Part shown: positions 24,770-37,412 of the stretch, piece by piece
Layout of the letters: every line of letters begins with the position of its first letter
Position numbering within the stretch: the first letter of the stretch is position 1
Assembly (NCBI GenBank): GCA_012295275.1
Contig: CM022678.1
Coordinates: 12,524,001-12,588,000, forward strand
Direction of reading: 5' to 3'
DNA: 64,000 nucleotides
DNA from: Chrysomallon squamiferum
Lineage: Eukaryota > Animalia > Mollusca
The notes under the pieces: generated by a model
Told to the model about the DNA's origin: nothing
Database searches by the model: none
The model's input: only the letters and a program-made list of their open reading frames with translations
Position numbers and translations under genes: made by a program

Positions 24770-27304
24770 TACCTGCCACACAAATTTGTCCCTGTTTGGA
24801 GCTTTTGTCTGGTAAAATAAGGTTATCAATGAAACATGGTTTCTTGTTTGATGTCATTGTCAGTTCTTTTCACACTAATGTAACCACATGTGTTAACTTT
24901 GACAACAAAGGATGGTCTGGAGAAAAGACAGATACTTGGCAGGCACTGTTGAAGCCTTATTTCAAAACATCAAGAAGAATCAACATTTTCACTAAGTTTA
25001 CTGATGGTTTCCAATGAAACAAATTAAAATTTTATTTGGTGCCAGTACAAAGAACAAAATATCTGAATATGTAAATGTGAATTGTTTTTCAGGCATCTTC
25101 TGTTATTCCACCTATATAAAAAATAACTGTACCTTGATACATTTGTAACAAAATAATTTCAAAAAGAAATGATGCTGAATCTGCTGAAGATTTGGGGAAC
25201 TTGTTTAAAACTAAGAATACAGCCCCATCAGCAGAAATACCAGAAATAGACATAACATCAGAACTGGACACCAAACACCACAACTATTTATATAAACATG
25301 CTGAGAGTATTGTACTTCAGAAACTATTGGTACAACCTTTCCAAAATTTGTAGTTATGAAACAAGCAGTAATGATTGAAAATATTAAATTTTATTTCCTA
25401 AAAACCAGTTCAGACCTGAAATTATCTAAATGGTTCCATGATAGTAACAGATTCTGAATCATATTCTGAATGCTCAGAGGCCACTTGAAAAACTGTAAAC
25501 TGTTTATATTGTGTCTAACTGCAGCTTTTGATACTGAAGAATGTGATTTAACCAATTTTGTGATTGGTATAATCACCAAAAAAGTAAAAAAATTCTGCTT
25601 TTTTCAGCCACATTTATTGGTTTTACTAAATGCATTATAAGTAACTATATATCAGCAGAATTTTATACAGAAAATAATCAAAACTGCATGTTTCTAGGTA
25701 AAGTGGTCTTTCTGATATTTAACTCAAGTCCACATTAGACCTGTGCCATGAATTAATAGTCATTTATCAGACCTGTTGTTTATGTAAAGATATTGTAAGC
25801 AAACAACATTCATAAAGACATCTTTGAGTTCATGAACATTTTAAACATGTTAAAGATAACATTGTACATAACACTAGCTTCGGAAACATGGCCCTGGACA
25901 TTGGAAATGGTCTGTGAAGAAGAACATTAAACACATTTGACATGACTTTGACTTGACGGTGTTTGATGTTCTTAGACTCAGGATCCTTATTCATGAAAGG
26001 CATCATTTATAAATCATTGTTTAGATAAAAATTTTATGTATGTAAAAGATCTTGTACATTTGTAAATAAGGACAGTGGTGTTAAATGTTTTAGCAGATTA
26101 CTGCATTTACTGTTAGTTGTGTGCTAAGGTTTTGTAATAGTTTATGTTTGTCACAAAATATAAGTTCTGTATGCTTTCATTAACAATTACATTTTTATTT
26201 TATGTTTATATATATAATACAAATTGGGAATAAAAACCAAAAATTAAATCACTAAATATTTATACATTTTAGAAATATGATTCACAGAACAAGATGCAGC
26301 TATGACAGATAAAACAATCAATATACTTCCTTAACTGGATGATGTGTGGCAGATGAAGAAGCAGATGATATGTCAGATAAGGAGACAAAGTCAAACATCA
26401 CTGGAAGCAAAGATGAAATGGTGGACCTCAGCTCTGAACCTAACTTTGAGTGCATAATTCTGAAGAAACAACAGATGTAACTGAAGGTAAAAATGCTTAT
26501 ACATAGGTGTTTTTACTTACTAATTAGTTCACCTTACATAAACAAAAATAAACAAACAAGAAAAACATTAAAGGTGTTTAGTTTATAATGATACAGGATT
26601 TGGTAAATGTACGTGATACAGACTGTTCTAGAGATTTGATGTATATATATACACCAAGGGTGCACAAACTGCACGACTGACCATCTTGTTCACGTGATGG
26701 TCATGTAAATCCATCCTAGTGTATCCCATTTCTGTTCATGCAAATTTGTTCAGAGACACTTTTCAGGTGTGTAAATGTTGGATGTTGGATTTAATGTTAA
26801 ATGTTTTACCAGTTACTTACCAGTACTAATGTCATCATATTTAGATATGCACCATGGTTTTGTAATTGTTTTGTAATTGACATGTAAGGTGCATGATACA
26901 AACAAATGTACATGTGACTCCCAATATATGTATATGAAAATAAAACTATTATAATTTATAAGTTTATATTACATATCATATTCATTACGTGTATGCATAT
27001 ATTTATTTCTTAGTATTGGAAGGTTTAATTGTATTCAGTCATGCTGGTGTATCCTGATGTACTTTGCTTTACTTCCAGGATACAGTATACCTATTTGTGA
27101 TGTTAACAGTCAAATTGTAGAAGAAGTCTGGTATGTGACATCAAGGAGGTGAAAAAACATACAATGTTGAATTTGGGTGTTAAGTGGTCAGTTATAGATC
27201 AGTATTCTACAGAATCAGCTTATAAAAGTACAATTACTTCTTTTTTTCTTACCTTTTGTTACCAAGAATAAAGTATGACATTTACACACATACACATACA
27301 TATC

Positions 27305-27338
<34 letters not shown>

Positions 27339-29060
27339 CACAATATATATATATTCATATACATTCATACATACATACACACACACATATATATTTAAAA
27401 GTTTTAAATAAATTTAGAAATGTATTTTTATACATTCCTTTACCAGTGAATTTTTAAATTCTTGAACACACACACACACACACACACATACATATATATA
27501 CGTACATTCATACATGCATTTTAATAGTACAGTATTTTTTAATTTGGCCAAGTATGTAGTACTTAAGAAATGAAATAATGTTTTCTTATGTTGCTTATTT
27601 CAGTCTTTGTTAGGTGCCTTTGGGAATCTTGAACAAAGATGAATCGTCAACAGCTGCAATGACTAAAATAATTGAAAATGAGAATGAGTAAGTAATAGAG
27701 TATGCAGATGGCAAACCACTGAGTATAACACTTTATTGTGATGGTTTGAGCTGTTAAAGAATTGATATGTACAGTATGCAAGAATAAATGGGGAGGATGA
27801 GCGGTCCCTTTGAGCAGAAACCATCTATATAAAAAAACATTCATTTAAGAAAGAATATATAATTATATACAGGGTGTCCCAGAAGTCACGCACCATGAAG
27901 ATTTTTATTTAGATACACATAAATTAGTAGCGAAACCCTCAACAGAGTAAAAAAACAGTTTTATAAAGAGAATTGAAGTATGTATAAATGCAGAGGGCAA
28001 GCAATTTGAGCATTTGTTATGATTATTATTAATAAATTTTTTATTCATATGTATCTAAATAAAAATCTTCATGGTGCCTGACTTCTGGGACACCCTGTAT
28101 ATGTGTATGTGTGTGTGTGTTTATAATTCATTATATTGGTGTATAATATTATCTTGCTGAATAAAAATTATTTTTGTGGCAAAACATCCAGAATTTGAGG
28201 TCAGATATGATGCTAAAGCAAGATGAGAGAGAACCTCAAACATGTCAGACCAACTGCTTGAAACAGAGGCTAAAATGTTTGACAACATAAATAAAAAATA
28301 AAAACATCAAGCAAATTTCAAAAAAGCTAAAATAGAACCCTCTTTGTAAATCTTCCTGTTACAAGAAATGCTGATTAGGTTGCAAAGACTGCCATCAATT
28401 TGTTTGTGAGGCCATAGAAAGATATGTTTACAACAGTCGCTATGAACAGTTTTACAGAATTTGTTTTATTGCAAATTAGTTTTAGTATAGGACCATAAAG
28501 GGGTCAGCATGGATTTATAAAACTTTTATTCAATATTTAAAGTTTCATAATCATTGTATATTTTTAAAATTTTACTCAAATTGAAATGTTTTTCATTGTA
28601 GGATACTTACGATGAATTTTTCAACTACAAAAGCTGCAGAAAGAAAGAAACATTGTATAATTTAAAACAGGTTGCTGATGACACGGGGTAACTCAAAAGA
28701 TATTATGGAATGTTTCAATAACACTAAAGAACTGGTATTTTCAACTGAAGAATTGACAAATCTCAACTTCATGGCACTTAAAGAACTGTTTCGTCTAACC
28801 CATGTAATCTGCCAGATTCCAAAGAAGGTGGTCTACACTATATGAATGAAACAGCTGTAAAGATCTTTGATTCAGAATTTTCTGCTTCAACTATTAAGGA
28901 TGAACTCAGTGTTACAACTGACATGATTGGTAGATGCTGTGATGTACTGTACATTTCAGGTGCACTCAGATGGAACGGTTCCTTTGCAGTGTTTACAAAC
29001 AGATGAAGAAGATGTAGCTGAAGGGGACTGATTCTGTTCTGAACATTGTCAGAAACACGA
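24770..29060 (+). pseudogene. Decayed multi-exon DUF6589-like (putative transposase-associated RNase H-fold) gene with PHD-finger remnant
   Basis: Relic exons: GYSIPICDVN (~27079); VPLGILNKDESSTAAMTKIIENENE*V...LYCDGLSC*RI, then VQYARING after a frameshift (from 27614; stops at 27689 and 27755); DTYDEFFNYKSCRKKETLYNLKQ..KDIMECFNNTKEL (from 28602); LQCLQTDEEDVAEGD*FCSEHC (~28984-29049). The upstream coding-like relics at 24770-26490 are less certain. The family call is from memory of the motif order, not a search. Confidence 0.55.
27870..28097 (+). mobile_element. Tc1/mariner-type MITE with long TIRs
   Basis: ~55-bp TIRs CAGGGTGTCCCAGAAGTCA(C/G)GCACCATGAAGATTTTTATTTAGATACA, with TA on both flanks. 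It retains the transposase C-terminus FIKRIEVCINAEGKQFEHLL* (27960-28022). Confidence 0.92.
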
Positions 29061-29084
29061 CAAAGCCAGCACAAAAAGAACAAA

Positions 29085-30012
29085 AGAAGCACACTTTAGT
29101 GCATGCTGTCAACCAGAAGTTGGAAATAACGTTATGACAGTGATTGTCATTCTGCAACTAACTGCTGACTCAGTTGGTGGTTAACAGCATGGATGTGATG
29201 TCATCAAACTTGTCACCTTAGTTCATCCCACACATGCTGTATGGGTGACAAGTCTGGTGAATATGCAGGCCAGTGCATGTGCTGAATGTTCTTCTGCTGA
29301 AGGAAGTCAGTCACCTGGCACGATGAGGTCTTGCATTTTCCTCCTGGCCCAGTCTGCTGCAGAAGTGGAATATCAAACGGTTGAACAATCTTGTTGAGAT
29401 AACGCTGGCCAGCCAAATTTCCATTAATGATGTGCAGAGGGGTTCTGTTATTCATATGCCCACCCACACCATTATACTTCCTCCTCCAAATGGTAGATGT
29501 TGAACAATGTTAAAATCAGATCATCTTTCTCCTTGACGACAGTAAACATGAGCTTACCTGTAAATAATGTCTCTGCCCACTGCCCATGGTTCCACCGGAA
29601 TTGACATCTGCATCAATGAAGGCGACCCACTCTGTGACGGGCAAGTAGCTGTGGTTGGTTTACACACATCGACATCGAAAACCTTGTTCTCGCAGACAAT
29701 TCCTAATAGTCTGGTCACACACATTGTTGCCTGTAGCAGCTCTCAGTTGATCACAAAACTGAGGTGTCACAGAGGGGGTGTATTGAGGTAGGTTAAGTCT
29801 GACTATGTGTTTGCTTTAAATCCATGAAAAGGACATCTGGGTTAACTTAAAACATTTCTAAAGATAAGATTTGCATGCCCCTTAATAGTGTGATGTCTTT
29901 AGTCCAAATGACAACACAACGGTTAATATTCTAACCACATCTGTACTGAAAAAACATACTTCCAAAAATGATCAAGAAGTTCCTTTGACCCTTAACTTCT
30001 GTTGACTAGTAT
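29085..30012 (-). mobile_element. Tc1-family (DD34E) transposon relic, disrupted transposase
   Basis: The minus strand reads DQTIRNCLREQG, VYCRQGER, FGGGSIMVWVG, NGNLAGQRYLNKIVQP, WPAYSPDLSPIQHVWDEL and LVDSM, with stops and frameshifts. A possible terminal sequence (TACTAGTCAACAGAAGTT on the minus strand) lies at ~29994-30012. Confidence 0.88.
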
Positions 30013-30015
30013 GTA

Positions 30016-30046
<31 letters not shown>

Positions 30047-30251
30047 ATATATCTATCTATATATGGACACATACATATTCCTTCGCACGGTCAAATGTAA
30101 CTGCTTTTTGTTTTATTATTAGTTTAATTTTTATGTCTTTTCATACACCAACGTCTTTTTCTTTTCAGTGTATGACTATTGTAAATAAATTTAAAATCTT
30201 AAAAAAATAAAAAAAAAAAAAAAAAAATAATGATAATAAAAATAATAATAA

Positions 30252-30286
<35 letters not shown>

Positions 30287-30387
30287 AATAAAAAGTATGA
30301 AAATATGAATTATTTTGGGGGGTCTTACGAATGTTCCTGCTTTGCTGGGGATATCAAGATAATTATAATTTGTTAAGTATTTTATAC

Positions 30388-30437
<50 letters not shown>

Positions 30438-30504
30438 AAATAAAAATAAAAATACGCAAACGAAAATAAATACAGAATTTTCTAAAAATGTACTGCGTGT
30501 GATA

Positions 30505-30542
<38 letters not shown>

Positions 30543-30647
30543 GTATGTATGTATGTATGTATGTATGTATGTGTCTTCGCACGTACATTACAAAGGAAAT
30601 AGTTCCGGTATGGGTGACCTTTATTCTAAATAGACACACGTCATAAT

Positions 30648-30660
30648 GGAAACCGAAACT
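30648..30660 (+). promoter_or_regulatory. Perfect ISRE/IRF-binding motif at the 5' end of the ShKT gene
   Basis: GGAAACCGAAACT (reverse complement AGTTTCGGTTTCC) matches the ISRE consensus AGTTTCNNTTTCC. It lies just before a non-coding-exon donor (GTAAGT 30702). Confidence 0.45.
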
Positions 30661-30890
30661 ACATAATTATCTGGACGGCTTATTTGAATTTTCTGAAACG
30701 TGTAAGTAGTTTTTGGTTTGTTTTTCCTTTTTTTTCCCTCTTTTTTTGTTTGTCTTCATTTAAAGTATTTAACATGTTCAGATAATGTGTTACGTACAGA
30801 AGAAAAATATATTCTAAAGTCGAATATCTTTCTCATTCACGAATTTAGAAGAACATTGAATGCCCGATTCACGCGGAAGTTGAATTAAAG

Positions 30891-33464
30891 ATGTGCTCGG
30901 TAAAGGTTATTCTGCTGTTTGTTTTAGCTCAGATAGGTAAGTCTGTTTGAATTCTTCAAATATGTGTTTGAGTTTATGCGCATGTGTTTATTTGTGTGCT
31001 CGTACTTATGAGTGTATGTTATACGTGCGTGCTTGCGTATGTCTGTACGCGCGTACTTGTGTTTGTGTCTGAGTTATCTTAGAAGTATCAAAATACTTAA
31101 TAACATAAAATAAATTACTTCATTTGTGTACTGTGTTAAAAATACCCAGCCACTCTAATGAGGAAACTTGGACAGAAAAACACAGGATTCAGATAATTAT
31201 ATTGTAAAATGGGTAGTTAAGTATAAAAAAAAAAAAAAATAATTCTACATTCCAAACAGTTTATGGTGCATATATTTAAAATATTGTTTAAATAAGGTTG
31301 GCAACAAAAATATGAACCTGTAATGGCGAAAAAAATAAAAATTATAAGCTCAAGATGGAATCAATGAAGATCAAGCTAGTCATAGATGTTAGATGCCCTA
31401 AGACCTGCGTAAAGTGTAAAAACGTTTATTGACCAATTTAAAAACACTGTGACTTACATTGAGCTTGGTTCAGTATAAGGACAAAGTGGTTAAATATAGG
31501 AAATTCTTTGTAAATTCATTTTCTGATACATTATCTTTCACCTAATTGAGACTGCTGTGACATAGATTTAAAACTATGATTAGAAAGATAAAAAGGAAGG
31601 AATTAATATACATCAATTCAAAATAGCACATTCATTGGATCAGTTATATTGTCCAGATTCTCATGTAAGCTGAAGTTTTCAGACCATACATTTGGTTACA
31701 GGGGCAAATGCCACAACATTTCGACCTGTCATTCAATATAGGGCACTAGACATAAACAATACCCAACTGTTATTTTTTGGATGCGGCATGAAATTTAGCT
31801 TTTTTTTCCTTATATGCAAAGACTGTTCTAGCCTACAAACAAGTAATATCCTACATACACACCTGTATACCCACCAGCACTAAACATCTACAAAAATAGC
31901 AAACAACTACATTTACATGGACAAAATAAGATTTTTCCTCCATTTTTTTTTGTGTTGGTTGACCGTCTGCTATATTTAGTATCACACAATGCATGATGTT
32001 GACCAAGGAATCAGACAGCTGTGGCAAAACACCTTTCAAACAATCAGAGGCTGAGAAATGCCAGAAGTTCAATATAGGTAAAACTTGTGTATGCATATAT
32101 TTTTACATTATTAATAATGCTTGATATAATGCTTTTTCAAATGGTTCAGTTTCAGTTGAGAATTTCACATGTGAAGACAAGACAGATTTATGTTCTCTAG
32201 AAAGCTGCGTGCCGGAAAGCGAAATGGACTGTGTGAAGACTTGTAACGTTTGTACAGGTGAAGTTATCAGGGTTTCAGGATAGCAGAACTAAAAGAAACA
32301 GGATACATACATATGGTAGTAAGGATAGATACATGGGATACTTGGTATGTTTTAAGTAATGATAGGTACACAGGATATACTTGGTATGTTAAGTAAGGAT
32401 AGATTATACATAGGATACTTTTTATGTTAAGTAAGGATAGTGGTATGTAATATAAGGACAGATATACAGCATATTTTCTGTGTTAACTATGAATGGATAT
32501 ACAGGATATTTGGTATGTTATCTAAGCGTGAAACACAGGATAGTAAATTAAGTAAAGGTATATACATAGGATAGATGGTAAATTAGGTGAAGATAAATAC
32601 ACAGGATACTTTTTATGTTAAGTAAGGATAGATATACAGGATAGTTTGTATATCAAGTATTGATAGGTAAACAGTACAATTTGTAAGTTAAATAAAGGTA
32701 GATACACAGGATAGTTGTATGAAATATGGATAAATATGCAGGATAGTTGTTAAGTTAGGTGAAGATAGATACACAGGATAGCTGGTGTTTATGTAATGAC
32801 AGATGACAGGAATGTTGGTTTGTTAAGAAATGATAGACACTATGGACAATTGGTCATTTTTGTAAGGATAGATATACAAGATGTATACTATGTTATGTAA
32901 GAATATATAGTGAGGATAGTTGGTATGTTAGGTAAGAACATATAGACATGGTAGCTGGTATGTTAAGACAGGATACCAGAGTCCTAGAATAAAAGTGGGA
33001 TATATGTACAGGATAACATGATAATATACACATGTAAGACAGAATAGACACCAGATAGGAATGGATACTATGTATGCAGAATACAAGCTACAAGAATTAA
33101 TCAGGACATACACACACTGCCAGCTATGTTAAGGTAGGATGTACACATACTAAGAAGAACACATCATATATAAATCAGTCATGAAAACATGAACATTTTT
33201 AATTTGTTAATTAATGTAACCATTTTTCTTTTTGCACACATACATACTCAGGCACACTATTTTAATGTCTATAAATAAGTATTATATTTGTGCTCTCAGT
33301 TTCTTTTAATTTCTGTAAATGTGGTAACATTGCACACACAACACTCTCTAATTCTCAGTAAATTAATATGAGTAATTCTATTTTTAGATAAGGGATGTTC
33401 TGAAGGTTATTACCTTGGTGATGGTAACAGGTGTTATCCCAAGGTGAATAAGACAAAGGGGTGA
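30891..33464 (+). CDS. Small secreted ShKT-domain protein (exons 30891-30936, 32156-32257, 33388-33464; a broken exon at 31657-32077 may mean it is a pseudogene)
   Basis: Signal-peptide exon MCSVKVILLFVLAQI with donor GTAAGT (phase 1). A 102-nt phase-1/1 exon encodes CEDKTDLCSLESCVPESEMDCVKTCNVC (six Cys, CxD...CxKTCxxC). A final phase-1 exon encodes DKGCSEGYYLGDGNRCYPKVNKTKG*. Confidence 0.6.
32275..33135. repeat. Degenerate ~35-bp minisatellite in ShKT-gene intron
   Basis: Consensus approximately GTTAAGTAAGGATAGATACACAGGATAGTTGGTAT, repeated with many substitutions. Confidence 0.85.
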
Positions 33465-36400
33465 GAATGATCGTCTGTTAAAAGTTCTCTGCAGATATAC
33501 TGTTTTAATTGATCTTGTTTCTTTTGAACACGTGTCATTAAATAAAGAAATAAAGAAAGAAATAATTAATTAAATAGATAATTTAATTCTATTCAGCAGT
33601 GCAAAATGAACAAACTACTAGAGAACTTATCTGTTGATGGACAGACTTCATAACTGTGTGTTTAATAAATAAATAATCTCACTAGTGTATGACATTTCCT
33701 TAGTTTTGTATTAAAATAATTATCAATTTGGATATTTTTTGTTACATTTTTTACATACTAAATAATAATTAATATTTTCAGTTTCTCTTTTGAACCCAGT
33801 AATGCTGTTACTTTTCTAATTAATACAGTAATTATTATGAAGTGTACATTAATATAATGTTTTTCCCCCTTGTTCTTTTTTCATTTTTCTTTTACCCATT
33901 TCAAGTAAAGGTCAGTTGCAAAATTTTACTTTTCTTCTTTTCTTTTTATTTTGTTATTTGGTACGACAGGGACTTTCATAATAGATTATCTACCTGACAG
34001 GCACTGACCAAAGGAAAACTTGATATAGATTATTACTGAAGATTATTATTGAAGTAATGAAATAGTTATTTCAGCACTGAACTACTAAGAAATAATTTTA
34101 AGAAACATGTATTTAAGTAATTGCTACTTACTCTACTGCAGATTGTCTTTGAAAACTGGAAATAATGACTAGGATACTTTTAAGACAGGTAAAAATACTG
34201 TGTAATAACTATAGTGAATTTCAGAAACTGACTTTAAAGTTACCTCTTTTAAACAATTCTCTAAAAACAGGATTCCAAGAAGTCACTTATAAATACAATT
34301 CAGAACGCAGACACAAATCTGCTGTTAAAGTATGAAGAATTTTTTTTAGCAACTCTCAAAGTTGCAAAATATGGAACATGGTACATTACTTATTTATATA
34401 TTTTTATTTTTAATGTTCATACAGCTATCATAGTAATTTAAAAAAAAAAAAAAAAAAAAATATGTTTAAAATTATTATTAGTATTAAAATGTCTTTTCTG
34501 AAGAAATTTTTTCAAATAAAACATAAAAATAATTTAAAACATTTATTATACCTAGAAAGTTATTTGAAAATCAACTACATATAATAAGACACACACACAC
34601 ACACACATTAATTCTGATGTTTGATAATTCTTGTTTTCAGTTCAGTTATCTGATGATAACAGATGTTGAGAACACATTCTTAAGTGATGTGGCTGTGATA
34701 CATTAATAGTGACTGAACTGGAGTATTATAAAGAAGCCATTTTCTAATTAATTTATTGATTTATAAAGAATAGTCTCTGTCTCTCTGTAAGTGAGTCTGA
34801 ATGCATCTTTATAAATGTTTTTTTTTTCAACAGCTCCTTAATTGGATTATTTTTGTTATTAGAATGAATATGTAATAAAAAAAAAAAAACAATGATAATG
34901 ATGATGATAATAAAATAATATTCATCAAAAACCTCATTAGCTTCATAAAGAACAAGGCTTATCCATTACAAAAGATGACTGAGTTGTGGAATGGTTAAAC
35001 AGTTGATCCTTTGTTCATTTATATATCATTCACTGACTGTAGAATAGTGTAAAAAATATTAATTGCTGAATATTAATAAAGTTTACTGGTGTTTGATGTG
35101 CTGCAGGCAGTGTTAGAATTTAGTGTCAAAATTCTTTTCAGGCAGTTTGGTGAAATGATCCTCTTCTATGATATATAAAAGTACTCAACATTACACCCTG
35201 TTGCACTTCTACTAGTTATTTCAACACTAGCTAATAATAAACAAATTAATTAAAAATAATAAATAAATAAATTAATTAAAAATATTAAATAAATAAATAA
35301 ATAAAAAATATATATTTTATTACTATCTTTATTATTACTTTATTTACTTCTATATTTCAGACAAAATTTCACTTCCTGAACAATTCAAAACAAACTGGAA
35401 TGGAAGCAAGTGATTTACTCATTGTGCATTTTTTTTTATTATACTCACACAAGTTAATTCAAAATTAAAATAAAGTTTATAATGAAAAACAGTGATTAGA
35501 AGTGCATTTGACTTTGGGATGCAACAATTTGAAAACGGGATATAATTATTTCTAAATAGGATGTAATAAAATGTGATAAAATGTTCCAGATTACTGGACA
35601 TTATGGACATTATATAAATGTAAACTTATTGTACCGCCTAAATACGTTCGTATTAATAAATTGTATAATTTAAAATACTTGGAATTTCTGCGTAGAAAGA
35701 ATTATGATGATATTTATTATAAAAATATTGAGATACTTTAGCAATGATCTTGTCTTTAAAGGAACCAGTTACATTTTATAAACTATTTTCTTTCTTCTGA
35801 CCAATATTGAGGAATGTGTAAATTTATATAACTATTAAAATAGTTGTGATAAAAGTCATAAAAGACTGAGTTAAAGTATTTTTATATTTTTTTATACGTT
35901 TGTGCCTCATTGATATATCTGTTTAGAAGTAAATGTAGTTAAATCATTAAATGAGAAATTTGTTAGTATTTTTCTTATTCAATTTTAGTGAACTTATTTT
36001 TAAAATATACTTTTTAAGCTCTAATCTGACATCCTTTTATTTATGAAGATAATTTTTACTTGATTTAAAAAGATAGGTTTACATAGTTTGATAACTCAAA
36101 AATTATGTTGAGTATTAGCAATATCTGAGTTTTCTATTTAGTTTTTGTATTTTGTTTTCTATCATTCAGAAATCCCCAGAGAAAGAGAGAGAGAGTTAAA
36201 CTTAGTTTCATGTACATCTCTATATGACAAAAATGATAAGACGATTTATTTGATTTCAAAACTTTTATTATTACAGCTATTGTTTTTAGTATCCCTTTGA
36301 AACTATTCAAATTGTTATCAGTGTTATTAGTTTAAAACATTGTTTTAGTTCATTGTTATCTTAAAAATGACACACATCCGACTTCAGTTGACTTCAGTTA

Positions 36401-37139
36401 AAGAGCAACAATTCATAGTTTTTCATCATTTGGTTTCACCCACATTCCTGCTTTCAGTGTGAAAGAATATTTTTCCCACAGTGGTAGAAATAACTGGTGA
36501 ATATTTATCAGCATATATTTAACAACATACATTATTCAGGAATATTTGTTCCCCATCCACTCTGTGACTTTTTTCCAGGTATTGTTCTGTTTTCTGTTTG
36601 TGGTAATTTACTGTGTACATGTGTCTACTCAAGCTGACAACATCACTGCAAATAAAGATTCACAAAAACATGTAAAACTGATACTCCTTTTTTCCTTTAT
36701 TTTTTAAATGAAGGTGAATGTTTTCATCACTAAATCCATTTGTCACTAGTAACTTACTATCTATAATCCTATATTTGGCCTACTGTATCCTTTCTTTAAA
36801 ACATTACACTCTGCCTCTGTCTTTTAAATAAAGCCCTACAACATCACAGCATCAGAAGTTGTTGTCAAAATGTCAGGACCTGAGTCACTTGTTTGACCCT
36901 GAAGTGTTAAAGTAAGACCATTGATGAAACCCTTCATGTTGATATATACCAGTGATTATGATGATAAGGATTAACTAGTGAAGTTTGTAATGCATTAAGT
37001 ATTCTCACCTTCTCAAACAACTGGATAAACATGTCTTTTTACAGTTAAAACGAGCATACGATAACAGTACTAGCAGTGATAAACTAGTTGAAAAGTCTTA
37101 GCCAGTACAAAGCACCATTTTGAGTATTGGCTACAAAAT

Positions 37140-37412
37140 TACTCAGTCTTTCACACTCTGCACATTTCAAAGCGAAACTGGTAATCTTTAATTTCTTTGA
37201 AATCTTGCTATACATTTGACTCCCCTGATGAAGCTCAAAAATGGATAACAAAAAAGACAAGTAATGATGACAGTACCCCACCAAGTAAGAAACAGAACTC
37301 TATGACACCATCACAAAAAGGACAAAAACCCTCTTCTGATCAAGTCTCCAAAGCTGATGACTCTTCAGGAGAAAAGGAAGATAAATTTCAGCCCCCAAGA
37401 GCTCCAAAGTAG
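37140..37412 (+). mobile_element. Possible L1/Tx1-like ORF1 C-terminal remnant
   Basis: HFKAKLVIF, then (frameshift) YTFDSPDEAQKWI, resembles the PAKL.....F.SP.EA..F end of L1-type ORF1p. A low-complexity tail follows. Confidence 0.3.
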
